Below are positions 12,250 to 24,543 of a DNA stretch of 64,000 nucleotides, one piece after another. The translations under genes and the position numbers were made by a program. The notes beneath the pieces were generated by a model. It did not search any database, had not been told where the DNA came from, and worked only from the letters and a program-made list of their open reading frames with translations. The stretch is from Octopus vulgaris. Taxonomy: Eukaryota. Where the stretch lies: NCBI GenBank assembly GCA_951406725.2, contig OX597819.1, positions 6,448,001 to 6,512,000 on the forward strand. Reading direction: 5' to 3'. Positions within the stretch are counted from its first letter, which is position 1. The number at the start of each line of letters is the position of its first letter.

Positions 12250-12640
12250 CCCTAAAAGGTAAACTTCCTGTAGCAGCTCTACTGTTCATTCTATTACAAT
12301 TTCTTTCAGCCATTTGTCTATACCTTTGCTTACTGTTATCAACTCAGCATTTATTACAGGCACAACCTTTACTGTACGCATGCTCCAAATTCTTCCTATT
12401 TCAACTTTAAAGGAATTGTATTTTTTTCTTTCTCTTTCTTTACTATCCTGGAATCAGACGGGCATGATAGGTCGATTAGTAAGCAACTTCGTTTTTCCTT
12501 GTCTATAATTATGTCTAGTCTAATATTTTCTAATTCCTTGTCCGTTTGAATTGGAAAGTCCCACAAAATCTTACATTTCTCCGACTCCAGTACTCCTCGA
12601 CTCCCTGATTGTACCATGTGTTTCCAGTTTCTCGACAACC
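12250..12640 (-). mobile_element. R4/Dong-type non-LTR retrotransposon 3' fragment (restriction-like endonuclease)
   Basis: VLESEKCKILWDFPIQTDKELENIRLDIIIDKEKRSCLLIDLSCPSDSRIVKKEKEK matches the degenerate RPD..D..P.D RLE region. Confidence 0.85.
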
Positions 12641-12679
12641 AAGTAAAATTAATCATAACTTCTGCTGCCAAAAACAAAG

Positions 12680-13030
12680 TAGAAAGGCATTGTCGGTCCG
12701 AGGAAACATACAACATCCTGAATCACACATATATCGGAATCTACAAAAGGACTCGATTGTTTAAAATATTACCGAATTTAGCATCACCTAAACAACATTT
12801 TGGCCCAGCGACAAGTACACGGTGGATTCTGCCATGCTAAAACTGAATTTCCTCGTTATTGCAACAGCAGAAGACTTTAACTTCCAGGTACCGGGAATCA
12901 TCTTAAATGAGTATTCAAGCAGCTCAAATGCGACACCCGAATATCCGAAACTCCACAAGCCTTTATTCAGTATACAAAACAAACTGAAAATCAACAAAAT
13001 ATTGAATGATGCTCTCTTGACAGCCTGATA
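12680..13030 (+). mobile_element. Possible degraded Penelope-like GIY-YIG endonuclease relic
   Basis: KGIV and HTYIGI in different frames, later KCDTRISE (compare C..C..EK). Weak and frameshifted. Confidence 0.3.
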
Positions 13031-13664
13031 TGTCCTATTCATGAAACTGACTCGAGACAGGGACGTGAAACTTTCAATACCAGAATTGCTTTATGCTGGA
13101 ACTTTAATCATATTTATCTAATATTTACGCTGCCAAAAGTATTGATTTCTGTATTACTAACTACGTGGTAACAGAAAATCTCTCCTATACCTAATTTGGG
13201 TATGTGTATGCATGTGTGTGCGCGCGTGCGGCGTGTATGTGTGTATGTGTGTGTTTGAATGTGTATCCAGTTCATTAATTCACATACACTAGGAAACTAC
13301 ATAATCTATATTGATAAATATTAAAATAAATATCTAATTAAAATTGCTCCAGACAGTAATTAATTCTTCGTCCATAGAATATATTTATCGGTGGAAAAGA
13401 AGTGGAAACTATTAAGCATATGTTTACTATTTTTAGTACCTTCTGCCATCTTACACTATGTAGCTAAACAAAAAAATCCCAGAAAACTTGTTTCTACAGA
13501 CCAACAGAAAGAAATGGCCTGAAAATTAAACGAATCGATTGCCCTTCTGATTTCACTCGAGTTTGTGTATTTGTGTGTGTGTAGAGGGGAGATTTGAGTT
13601 TGGCGTGCGTGTGCCAATATAAAATAGTGCATATGTGTATAAAGACACATATATGTACATATGA

Positions 13665-13959
13665 GTGGAGGCGCAATGGCCTAGTGGTTAGGGCAGCGGA
13701 CTCGCGGTCGCAGGATCGCGGTTTCGATTCCCAGACCGGGCGTTGTGTGTGTTTATTGAGCGAAAACACCTAAAAAGCTCCACGAGGCTCCGGCAGGGGG
13801 GTGGTAATCCCTGCTGTACTCTTTCACCACTCTTTCTTCTGTTGGCCTGCTCGCCTAGCTAGCGGGGTGGCGTCATTCGAAGGCTAAAACAATGCGAACG
13901 CATTGTGACCAGCGATGTGTAACAACATCTGATGGTCTGGTCGGTCACGTGATCACGTG
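13665..13959 (+). mobile_element. SINE with family B head and RTE-derived 3' tail
   Basis: First ~165 bp match family B. The tail TGTGACCAGCGATGTG...CTGATGGTCTGGTCGGTCACGTGATCACGTG matches the RTE end at 26369-26429. Confidence 0.85.
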
Positions 13960-14453
13960 TACATATATGTACATATACAACGTATGTATGTCAATCTCTC
14001 TTTCTCTCTTTATATATCTGGGTGTGTGCGTGCGTGTGCATGTGTGTGTGTATCTGTGCGTGTGTGTCTGTATGAGTGTAAGGTGTGCATGGGTGCATAT
14101 AAGTAGGTGCATATATATGAGCATAAAGTGTGTATGAATGTGCTCATGTGTGTACTGGCCGGAGTAAATTTGACACAGTACTTAACATAACACTGGCCGA
14201 TATCCAGCGTAGTTCTTAAAGATTGTTCACCAATGCTACGCAAGCTCTGAAGATTTCATAATGAAAACATATTATAAGGTTTCCTTCATATGGCGTATAT
14301 TGTAATTAATAAAATAAATGCAAGAGGTCGTAACTAAATAATCTTTTAACAATAGCTTCTTCCATTTTGCTATGTGTATTCCGCGTATCCTTCTACATAC
14401 GAACACTAATGACAGGAAACTACCACAATAATGTGGCCTTTCTTTAGTTAAGA

Positions 14454-14673
14454 CTAGCAGTATCGCCCGGCATTGCTCGGGTTTGTAAGGGAAATAACTA
14501 TATAAGCATTTTTAGAGATGTAAAGTATAATAGCCATCTCAATATGGCTAACCACAAAGGGGGTGGTGTTACTGTAGCTTTTTACGTTCTGAGATTTAAT
14601 AATACATTTTTAGAGAGTTACTTCCCTTATATATGCCAAAAATGCATTAAAAAATGGGAAAAATTGATGGTAA
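14454..14673 (-). mobile_element. Non-autonomous Helitron, 3' fragment
   Basis: Reverse complement of CCCGAGCAATGCCGGGCGATACTGCTAG-T (3' hairpin plus CTAG). Confidence 0.85.
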
Positions 14674-14814
14674 AGAACCGAAACATGTAAAGTATCTAAG
14701 GAAATTAAAATTTATCTTATATAGTGGCGTTTTCAAACTTCTCTTATATATTCTTTTATTGTTTCATTAACTGGCAGTGAAAAAAGGAGGAATGAGTGGT
14801 ATTTTACTAACATA

Positions 14815-15019
14815 TCTATTATATAAAATCCGTTCTGTCTGTCTGTGTGAGTGTCTTCTAGGATCTCGGGCATCCTCCATCCGATTGCGCTCAAATTTGA
14901 TATGTAGACACCGACGGTATCAGGACGTGTATAAGTTTTGAAAAAATTACAAAAATCGATTCCATGTGAGAATGCGATCGATAAAGCCGTTCTCCCAGTC
15001 AACAGCCTTATCATTACTG
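14815..15019 (+). mobile_element. Probable Helitron 5' fragment of another subfamily
   Basis: A|TCTATTATATAAAA start followed by CTGTCTGTCTG and CCGATT...CAAATTT, resembling the 19390 element. The 3' end is unclear. Confidence 0.5.
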
Positions 15020-15132
15020 GTACATTAAACTCTTCGGTTGTATATTTGTGTGAATAAAATCGTTTTTCTTTAGAAAAGAAAAAAGTCTATCTTTATTTCT
15101 TCTTTTGCTGGTGTCTCAAATTTTGGTTAAAT

Positions 15133-15755
15133 CAGTGTTTCTCAAAGGGGAGACCGATGGGACGGTCGGACAAGTTGTTTTGAGAAAATTTGGTTTAAAT
15201 GTTCGACAACTCAGCACCGTCCATTGGACGGGGGGCGTTTTGCTCGTACTGTAATATTTTATTTCACTTCATTTTATCGTGTGCTGGAGAAATAATGAAA
15301 GAGAGAGAAAGAGGGGGAGATGGAAAGCGTGCAGTAAACTTCATCGTGGGCAGTGTCTACAAAACCATTAAAATGCATGTTTTAAATATCTCATTTTACT
15401 TTGATTTGGGAAAAAATATATATAGCAATTCATGTTCGTCTCTGCATGTCAGGTATCTTTACCCATTTAATAGGTAAAGATGTTTCGTTCAATTAAAGAT
15501 AGACTGACTTTTAATTAATATCTCAAGTACTTTATTTCGTTAGAAAAACACATTAGATAAACCAACCGAAATTATTATTGTCTATAAAAAATACAAAATA
15601 GATAAAAATGCTACAAAAATAACATAAATTATATAAAGAAAAGTGTCTCCCGCCATAAAGTTTCAAATAATAATATAAGATATTTTGAGTATGTCCCAAA
15701 TTACTGGAAGTCATTGGAAATAGAAGTCAGGATTTTACTTGAGGGGAAACCACTG
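15133..15755. mobile_element. Possible old hAT (Charlie-like) non-autonomous element
   Basis: Termini CAGTGTTTCTCAA ... TTGAGGGGAAACCACTG. No 8-bp TSD preserved. Confidence 0.4.
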
Positions 15756-16239
15756 TATTCTATTAGTTTATCTCCCAACTCTGTCCAGTGCAAAAAATGT
15801 CTGCGAGAGTTATAGAAAGGAATAAAGATATTGAGATGTCAGTTGCTAGTTGGTTATTTGTTGATTGTATCCAAGAGATACGCATTCATGCGTAAATTAA
15901 GAGACATCATCTTATTTAATAAAGAAATCATTAATATATATTAATAACGTTAGTTGCGATGATGATGATGATGATGGACAAGGTGTTACAGTGCGGAATA
16001 AATACATTACAATATTTAGCTACCCTTCGCCACCAGGCAACAAGTTCAAATCCTACTTTAGGTGATTTTCGTATTTTCATTACACTCCCTTAAATAATCC
16101 GATTTTATTATATCGAGTCGTTAATATAGTCAAAGCGTAAGTGAATTCTTTGATTTGCATTTCTTTTCGTCATTTTGCCTTGAGCTAAATAGTATGAAGT
16201 AAGCATATAGTTGACAGAATATTATACATACATATATAT

Positions 16240-16280
<41 letters not shown>

Positions 16281-16418
16281 ATATATAGTGGAATAAAACC
16301 TTGATGCAGTATATTTGAAAAAATTAATAGAAATGGTTTTTCAGAAGAGCCGTTTCTATTCATTTTTGCAAGCATATACAGTATACAATATGTGTGTATG
16401 TGCGCATATCTTTCTATC

Positions 16419-16467
<49 letters not shown>

Positions 16468-16475
16468 GTTATCTA

Positions 16476-16510
<35 letters not shown>

Positions 16511-16529
16511 GTGTGTATATATTTTATCC

Positions 16530-17007
16530 CAGTAAATGACCGCAGCATTTTGTCTTGGCTACACGCGGGTGGAAGAGGGCTGGTGACACAAACTTTCATT
16601 CAAACTTTGAATTTCGTGGTACTGGTCATGCTTTGGCTCGCTCTGACACTGAGTTGAGATGATGCATTCTAGTATCTCAAAATTTAATATACAATTATTC
16701 ATAATTGTGGTATCCTGCGCCGATGAGAGAAGAAGTTTGGGTAAAGCAGAATTTTCTAATTCTTATGCTATCCTAAAACTTGATCTCGAAACGTACGTCC
16801 GTAGGTAACTTAAAATTGCATGATAGATTGCCGTCATTTCATTCTTTCTTTCTTACCTGTCTGTGTTTGCCTTTCAAGTGCTGTGTTTTTACTGAGATCC
16901 CCCTTTTAGTAGAAGGAATAGCTATATCTCTTTGACTGCTATCTCTAAATTCGGTGTGTTGGTGAGGCAATTCGTTGCTAAACCCTTAATTACTTAGTAT
17001 TACTTAA

Positions 17008-17008
<1 letters not shown>
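16530..17008 (+). mobile_element. HHR-bearing non-coding element (family G) between TA tracts
   Basis: Contains the HHR. Its 3' part (16885-16975) recurs, diverged, at ~30575-30662 (GTAGAGGAAATAGCTA...CTTTGACTGCTAT). Confidence 0.55.
16714..16805 (+). ncRNA. Type I hammerhead ribozyme motif (U4C core variant, long stem II)
   Basis: Stem I CCTGCG/CGTAGG; core CCGATGA; stem II GAGA...TCTC enclosing a long hairpin; GAAA; stem III C-GTAC-G; GTC cleavage triplet ending at 16799. Confidence 0.75.
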
Positions 17009-17080
<72 letters not shown>

Positions 17081-17102
17081 TGTATGTATATATGTATGTA
17101 TG

Positions 17103-17381
<279 letters not shown>

Positions 17382-17884
17382 TAATAAAAAAAAGTATATT
17401 GCTCTATCTTTAGTATTCGAATAATACTTTCCACCTTGCTTTGCGTTTATGTGCTCCTCGTGTGTGTGTGTGTATATATATCAGAGTTAAAATCATTGAG
17501 CTTAAAATTGCCGTTGTTCCTCGTCAAAAAAGATAAAATTTAGTCCTACATGGTTTTAAAAGCGATAATGGGAAAAAGAATCTAAAACTAACTACTGTAG
17601 CCTGATGTTTGATCCCTTCCTTTCAACCCACTTTCCTTTTAGATTCCTATTATGTATTGTCTTGATCAGCTACTGTGTCAATATTTGTAGTGGAGAATTA
17701 TTGTTGATTGAGATTATCAAATTGTGTTTGCTGCAGTGAGGAAATGTTCCCATCTTATATCCAGTTGGTCTTGCTCTTGATGTACATGCTTCCCTTAAAT
17801 TTGCATTTTGTAACTTGAATGATTTCAATTCAAATTATCACTCGTAGAAGTGTGAAGTGTTTCCAACAATCTATGTCTTCAGGC

Positions 17885-19150
17885 ACGTTCAGCTTCGGTT
17901 TGAACCATTGTATTTATCTTACTCCTCTGAAAAGGCGATTTCAAGTTGTGATTACATTAGAGAGAATTTAAACGAAATTGTACAACGTTAACTTGTTCTT
18001 GGAATACTGAATGACAAAAAACAAATCAATGGTGTTACAATTTCCTATTAAGGGTTTGGGCATGTCCATTTTCAAAATTTTGAGATAAAGGAAATCAAAA
18101 CAAGTAAAATTCTAGGAGCTGTTATATCTACAATATATTTCACTATACTCCCGCTTCATAATTAACAATCTACGCGCCCAAAACAGAAGCAATATATATT
18201 TTAACTACGTTTTTCTGATGGATTGGAGTGGGGACACTACTGACAACTTCATCTTCTTATAATGATTATAATAAAGGTAACATTGATGAAGTTTTTCGTC
18301 TCTTCCACACTAATGGAAAGATTTAGAATCACCACTGCAGCTTACAGCAAAGGAGACTGGACGACTGAGGTCGAAATGTTGATGTCAGTGACTCGAGATA
18401 ACATTCAGTTTGCGAAGCAAACAAATCAATCCTTGGTTGGTATATGAAAAGTCAATCGCCCACATAGGTTCTCAAAATTGCTATTATAAATTATATACTA
18501 AAATGGAGTCCCAGCTATCAGCTAATAATATTTAATGGCCGATTCATGAATTTAATTTACAGGGACAAAATGTTATGTCCAATCAAGGCTCATTGCTATT
18601 TGTTTCGTGAATGTATCAACAATATAAGCCGATACTTATCTGCTTTGATTGATTCCTCTTCCCATCAATGAATAAATTGTCAGAAAATTACAGTATTCTC
18701 ACACACTGTTCTAATAAAGGGATTATGGGTATTTACTATTTAAAAGTATTTCTAACAAACCTGTACCACTGTAGCCTTTAATAATATGATTTTACAGCAT
18801 GCATATCAAAGTACCGCATCTAATTTTCTATCTATAAAATAGCGCACGTAATAAAGTGCAGAACAAGAAACACAGTCATAAATTCTAAACTGATCTTGTA
18901 ATTCCCATCTTGTAAATTATCAATGTATGTAGTTCGGGTGGGATGCAGAATAGTTGCCTTAGCATAGCTGTTGGTGTGTATGTACCCGCGTTTCTGAATG
19001 TCAGAAGAAATTGAATCGTTTTTAGACCTATATTTTAGGGGTTTTCTTTCAAAACTGTATATCACTATGCTAGCTATAAAACATATTTGTAATGGCTTAT
19101 CTGCACAGAAGCTAGAATAACTCTTAATGACACCAATGTGGCTGTTGCAG
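17885..19150 (-). mobile_element. Ancient Penelope-like RT-to-GIY-YIG relic
   Basis: Collinear peptide remnants on the minus strand: QKRGY...AKA (~18990), IVNTHNP (~18730), YIIY and TYVG (~18460-18500), RLFR...IQWFKPKLN (~17890-17940). Confidence 0.45.
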
Positions 19151-19389
19151 CCGTACAATATTACAGCAAATTATTACCTTCAGTTTATCCAATACTTTAT
19201 CATCTGCTACAGGTATCTATGTATTGTAACGCAATGAAGTCAGTAGAATCCTTCATTTCTAAATGCGTGCCAAATCATGATTGCGCTTCGATGCAAATTA
19301 ACTAAGTTAGAAATATGATAGCTAGATTATTTGCATAACACAAACAGTTTTAGAATATTTCGTATAATAATATATATTCCTTTTAGAAA

Positions 19390-19771
19390 TCTCTCTCTAT
19401 ATAAACGGCAGTTTGTCTGTGTGTGTTTCTGTGTGTCTGTTTTCTCGTACCCTCACCCTGACCACGGCTTTCAACCGATTCTGATGAAACTTGACACACA
19501 CATAGCCCAATGTCATAATTCAAAACTAACGCAGCGAAAATTTTGAAAAGTTCCCCCAGTTCTGAAAAAAATCGATAAATTCGACATGGGGTCGAGAATC
19601 AGAAACCCAAACCACAGACCGTCTAGGGGACGCAACTCCACCTTTTTAACTCAAAAAAAATTTACCATCATTTTTTTTCCATTTTTTTGCTATTTTTTGG
19701 CTATAACTCTCTAAAAATGCTTTATAGTTATTTCCCTTACAAACCTGAGCAACGCCGGGCGATACTGCTAG
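19390..19771 (+). mobile_element. Non-autonomous Helitron (variant 5' half)
   Basis: A|TC start, 3' CCTGAGCAACGCCGGG hairpin and CTAG|T end. Confidence 0.88.
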
Positions 19772-19973
19772 TATAATTTATTATTGTCAACATAATATTT
19801 AAATACTGAAATGCATGGTTAATGTTATTAATGTTTAGTCTGAAATCTTTCACATTGGAAATTTTGAAGATAAGTTCAACAAAGAAGACATCTCAGAACA
19901 TCGTGAATTGATACAAGGAAGACTGCAGAAGAGAAAAGAAACGGTGGAGAGTGAGAATGTATAGAAGCATTCG

Positions 19974-20358
19974 GTGGAGGCGCAATGGCCCAGTGGTTAG
20001 GGCAGCGGACTCGCGGTCATAAGATCGCGGTTTCGATTCCCAGACCGGGCGTTGTGAGTGTTTATTGAGCGAAAACACCTAAAGGTCCACGAGGCTCCGG
20101 CAGGGGATGGTGGTGATCCCTGCTGTACTCTTTCACCACAACTTTCTCTCACTCTTACTTCCTGTTTCTGCTGTACCTGTATTTCAAAGGGCCGGCCTTG
20201 TCACTCTCTGTGTCACGCTGAATATCCCCGAGAACTACGTTAAGGGTACACGTGTCTGTGGAGTGCTCAGCCACTTACACGTTAATTTCACGAGCAGGCT
20301 GTTCCGTTGATTCGGATCAACCGGAACCCTCATTGTCGTAACCGACGGAGTGCTTCCA
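19974..20358 (+). mobile_element. tRNA-derived SINE, family B
   Basis: Full-length match to the 3158 and 61939 copies. Confidence 0.92.
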
Positions 20359-20781
20359 ATAGAATTCTTCATAGAGCAACAGGGACTATTCTAGTAAAGA
20401 AATAAAATACTGGAGAGAGAAAAAAAATTATAGCGTTTGTTAGCAACACTTTGACAGACATAGTCACCATTTTGGGAAATTCAGACTCAGTTTCCCTGTT
20501 TCCCATATTATAATATTTATAAAGAATTGGTTGCATCGTTTTAGAACAAGGCAATAATGCTTTTCGAGATACCATCCCAAAAGAGATATCAAAATACGTT
20601 TGAGTCTCACTTGCCGATACTGTGCCTTCGCATGCTTTGCTTTCTTCTTATAAAAGAAAGCAAAATATTCGGTAGGATTGAATGAATATAAGCAGTTAGA
20701 AAAAATACGCATAATCAATATACACTCCATATATAGCATTTACTTAGCTTTGTTCATATATATATATATATATATATATAG

Positions 20782-20940
20782 GTCCGTCAGATACCTTTGA
20801 GTAACCACCTAGCAACATGTGGTCGGAAAATATATACAATATTTCCATTCTACAAATTACACAGCCCGAGTGAAATCGAGAGGAAAATCAGAGAAAAGAA
20901 TTTTATTGATAAATTCGAACCCAAGCTAAATAAGCAATAA
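20782..20940 (+). pseudogene. Penelope-like GIY-YIG endonuclease C-terminus (5'-truncated PLE)
   Basis: VRQIPLSNHLATCGRKIYTIFPFYKLHSPSEIERKIREKNFIDKFEPKLNKQ*, starting right after a (TA)n tract. Confidence 0.85.
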
Positions 20941-21419
20941 TAATAATAATACTTAGAGGTACTACTTCTACTGCTACGACCATGACCACTAACAACAACA
21001 ACAATACTAAAGGTGATCAAGATGAAGGTAGCAGGAAAATTATCTTATTTAGGGTTAAAAGTTCTATTGCCACCACCATCACCACTAGCAACAATAATTA
21101 AGGTGCTGGCAATGATGATGATGATGACAATTGAAATATAAAAGTCCCTGACAAAGGCTATTTACAACATTTCTAAAAATAGTCCAACAATTGCTGCCTC
21201 GGCCAGTGTTAAGATACAGGACTCTTGACATGTTCAACAAAGCGTGACGCCTAAACCAACCAATCAGCTTAAGTAATTGAGTGATGCTACACACTGATTG
21301 GTCAGAATACAGGTTGTAAGACCTAGCAATCTGGAGCCTACACGGGTGTATTTAAGGCACAGATTTAACCATCTCGCTACAGTCAAAAATTGTGAAGCAT
21401 GACTGTCACCACTACTACA

Positions 21420-21464
21420 TGAACCTGAAGATTGCATAATTTAATACATGAAAGTACTAGTTCA
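21420..21464 (+). ncRNA. Minimal type I hammerhead ribozyme in PLE 3' region
   Basis: TGAAC-CTGAAGA-T-TGCAT[AATTTA]ATACA-T-GAAA-GTAC-TA-GTTCA: 5-bp stem I, palindromic loop III, one mismatch in stem II. Confidence 0.75.
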
Positions 21465-21586
21465 ATCAGAATGAACATTTAACATTCTATTATTTTATTT
21501 TATTTTATTATATTATATTATCTTATATTATATCATTATAAGATTGTAAATAAAACGTGAAAATCAGACAAGGCTGGAATTCCGTT

Positions 21587-21677
<91 letters not shown>

Positions 21678-22872
21678 CATCATATTCAGTTCGAATGATA
21701 GCGGTTTAATATATATATGTATGGGGATATGTTTGGGTGTGGATGTGCGCGTGTGCGTGCGTTGTGCGTGTGTGTGTGTGTAAAATTCGATGAAAAAGTT
21801 GAATATGATAATATATGAGCTCTTTATGAAATTGGAGCGCAGATGAAAGGTATTCAGAAAGATAAACATAAAATATAGATAGGACCGACCTACTGTAATA
21901 ACGTTTCGAAATAATATAGTTAAAATATAGTGATGTAGCAATCGTTATAATGCGAGTAATAGCTAAAGCATACGTTTTGCTTTGCCTTATTGAGTTTTTC
22001 CATCCGTAATAGAATTTTCCACTTAATCTCCCCCACTTTAGATTGCAATGAAATGATTTAAACTTTCACTATCTGATTCACTACACTGATACTCCTTATA
22101 TTTGGGGAAACGAAAAAAATGAGAGAGGACTTTTTTTTCCACATTATTTATTATTGAATCCCCGATCACTTTGCAAGTCAATAGAAACAAAGACTATGAA
22201 TTGATAAAATTGGGAGCACCATGACAAAACTAGTGTACAATATTTATTCTTGAATATGTTCACATTAATTTCAAATTCCTTAGGATTGTTTTGTTTTGTT
22301 TTTGTTTTGTTCTTCAAAGCTCAATATCGAATAAAATGTAAGAGCCACGAAAAGAGGATGAATTACAATCATATTTGTATTATTATCATGAAGCTGTAAA
22401 AAATTTTATCTTATTATCCAATTTTAATTCCCATTTACATGTGCCCAACGGTAGAAGGACATGAGTGTATTAGAATCTCATTTATTTACTCTTACAAGTG
22501 TAAGACAAAGCACCTATTTCAGAAATTTCCATGAAATTACAAAATGTTGTTGCATAAAAGTATAACTGAACTCCATAAAAGAATGCGTTCGCATAGAAGG
22601 CATTGTACTCTTGGCATACAACGTTCTGGATCGCATGCACGAAAACATTCACATCATCAACATTCTGTGACCACTATCCCACTGATTGTACCTTGTTACT
22701 CTCTATATAATTCTTCATATACTAATATCATTACTACAACCAATAATAATTTTTAAAATCTTTCTAATTTTAGCCAGAAAATTGTATGGGAGTCGTGAGT
22801 CGATTACATTTACCGGGCTAAATATAATCGATTACATTTACCCCAGTAAATGTAATCGATTATCCCTCCTAT

Positions 22873-23094
22873 ACGGCGGTGAGCTGGCAGATACGTTAGC
22901 ACGCCGGGCGAAATGCGTAGGCGTATTTCGTCTGCCGTTACGTTCTGAGTTCAAATTCCGCCGAGGTCGACTTTGCCTTTCATCCTTTCGGGGTCGATAA
23001 ATTAAGTACCAGTTACGCACTGGGGTCGATATAATCGACTTAATCCGTTTGTCTGTCCTTGTTTGTCCTCTCTCTTGTGGGTAATAAAGAAATA
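22873..23094 (+). mobile_element. tRNA-derived SINE family D (Nin/Deu-domain-like) with 15-bp TSD
   Basis: GCCTTTCATCCTTTCGGGGTCGATAAATTAAGTACCA domain. TSD GATTATCCCTCCTAT at 22858-22872 and 23095-23109. Confidence 0.9.
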
Positions 23095-23109
23095 GATTAT
23101 CCCTCCTAT

Positions 23110-23272
23110 TAATGGTATTTTAATTTAGCACCCACGAAAGGATGAAAGGCAAAGTTTATCCTTGAAGGATTTGGACTCCACTTCCACGGAATTTGAAATC
23201 AGAACCTAATGACAGACCAAATCCCGCAAAGCATTTTGCTTGACGTGCTAATGTTTCCGCCAGCTCGCCATC
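23110..23272 (-). mobile_element. Older antisense family D SINE interrupted by the 22873 copy
   Basis: CGAAAGGATGAAAGGCAAAGT and GCTAATGTTTCCGCCAGCTCGCC are reverse complements of family D. The remainder appears to lie at ~22795-22872. Confidence 0.75.
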
Positions 23273-23474
23273 TTTTCCAGAACAATAACTCTACAGTGTC
23301 TGATCCGTGAATTTATCAACTATGTACTACAGTTCCCATATAAATTCATTCAATGCATCATTCTTTACACCCCCATCCTCCCTATATCTCAATCTGATAC
23401 ACCGTGCTAAACAAAACGCCCGTTCTCTCCACTCTAGGAATTCATTAATATACAGCATCCACCAGTCCTTTATA

Positions 23475-23872
23475 TCTTTATATATAAAAGTGAGGTTGTG
23501 TGCTGTCTGTCTCCTACGATTTAGACTCCTAACTACTCCCACATTTTGCGGTGCAGTTTAACGAAAACCGGGTATCTTATAGTCGTGATTCATATCGACC
23601 CCTTCTGGGTATTTGCGCGCATTTACGATGAGTCTATGATTTTAAAAAAATATTACCATCATTTTTTTCCATTTTAATGCATTTTTTCGCTATTATATAA
23701 GGGAAGTAACTCTCTAAAAATGTCCGATGAGTCAACGATTTAAAAAAAATTTACCATCATTTTTTTTCCATTTTTAATGCATTTTTTTGCTATTTTTTGG
23801 CTATAACTCTCTAAAAATACTTATATAGTTATTTCCCTTACAAACCCGAGCAATGCCGGGCGATACTGCTAG
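23475..23872 (+). mobile_element. Non-autonomous Helitron
   Basis: A|TCTTTATATATAAAAG ... CCCGAGCAATGCCGGG hairpin ... CTAG|T, with no TSD. Confidence 0.92.
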
Positions 23873-24299
23873 TTCTACATAAATCTGTAGAGATTGACGA
23901 CCAACAGGAACATTACTAACTTCACCATTCTTGGAGGTACTGTAAAGTCTTTGACGACTGCAAGTCTTTGAGGACTGTGAGTCTTTGAAGACTGCTAACT
24001 AATAAAAATAATCTTCTGACCATAGAAAAGGACGACTTGATTTCGAACCAATTTTTTTACATCGGTAAATATGTCTAAAGAAGACGTTTATGTAGAACTT
24101 ACTAAAAAACCTTAATTGATCATGACTTTCTTTATAATTTCGGTTCTATCTTACTTAATAATATCCCTTAGTTTATTGATATTTCACTATTTGCTAATTA
24201 ACGTTGGTGATACACAAAGACAGTGAATCTTATTTATTCCCCTTGTTGTCACTAATGTTTTTTATCCTCCTCCTCCTCCCCCTCATCGCCAAACACACC

Positions 24300-24300
<1 letters not shown>

Positions 24301-24336
<36 letters not shown>

Positions 24337-24429
24337 CCATCATCATCATCATTATCATGAATTTCGTTGCTATCATCTTCTTGATCGTCAGAAGCATCAC
24401 GAATACAGTCATCGTCGTCATCATTCACG

Positions 24430-24476
<47 letters not shown>

Positions 24477-24504
24477 GTCATCATCATCATCATCGTCATC
24501 ATCG

Positions 24505-24543
<39 letters not shown>
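24301..24543. repeat. (CAT)n trinucleotide microsatellite region
   Basis: Long interrupted CAT/CGT runs, the source of the poly-I and poly-M ORFs. Confidence 0.95.

Noticed and set aside
17848-17890. Minus-strand CTGAAGA...GAAACACTTC hammerhead-like string
   Set aside because: Stem II is weak, stem I has a mismatch at its base and the loop is not palindromic, so it may be chance.
18400-18445. Minus-strand PRIDLFAS peptide resembling DIRS elements
   Set aside because: Isolated motif with no other DIRS features, and it overlaps the suspected PLE relic.
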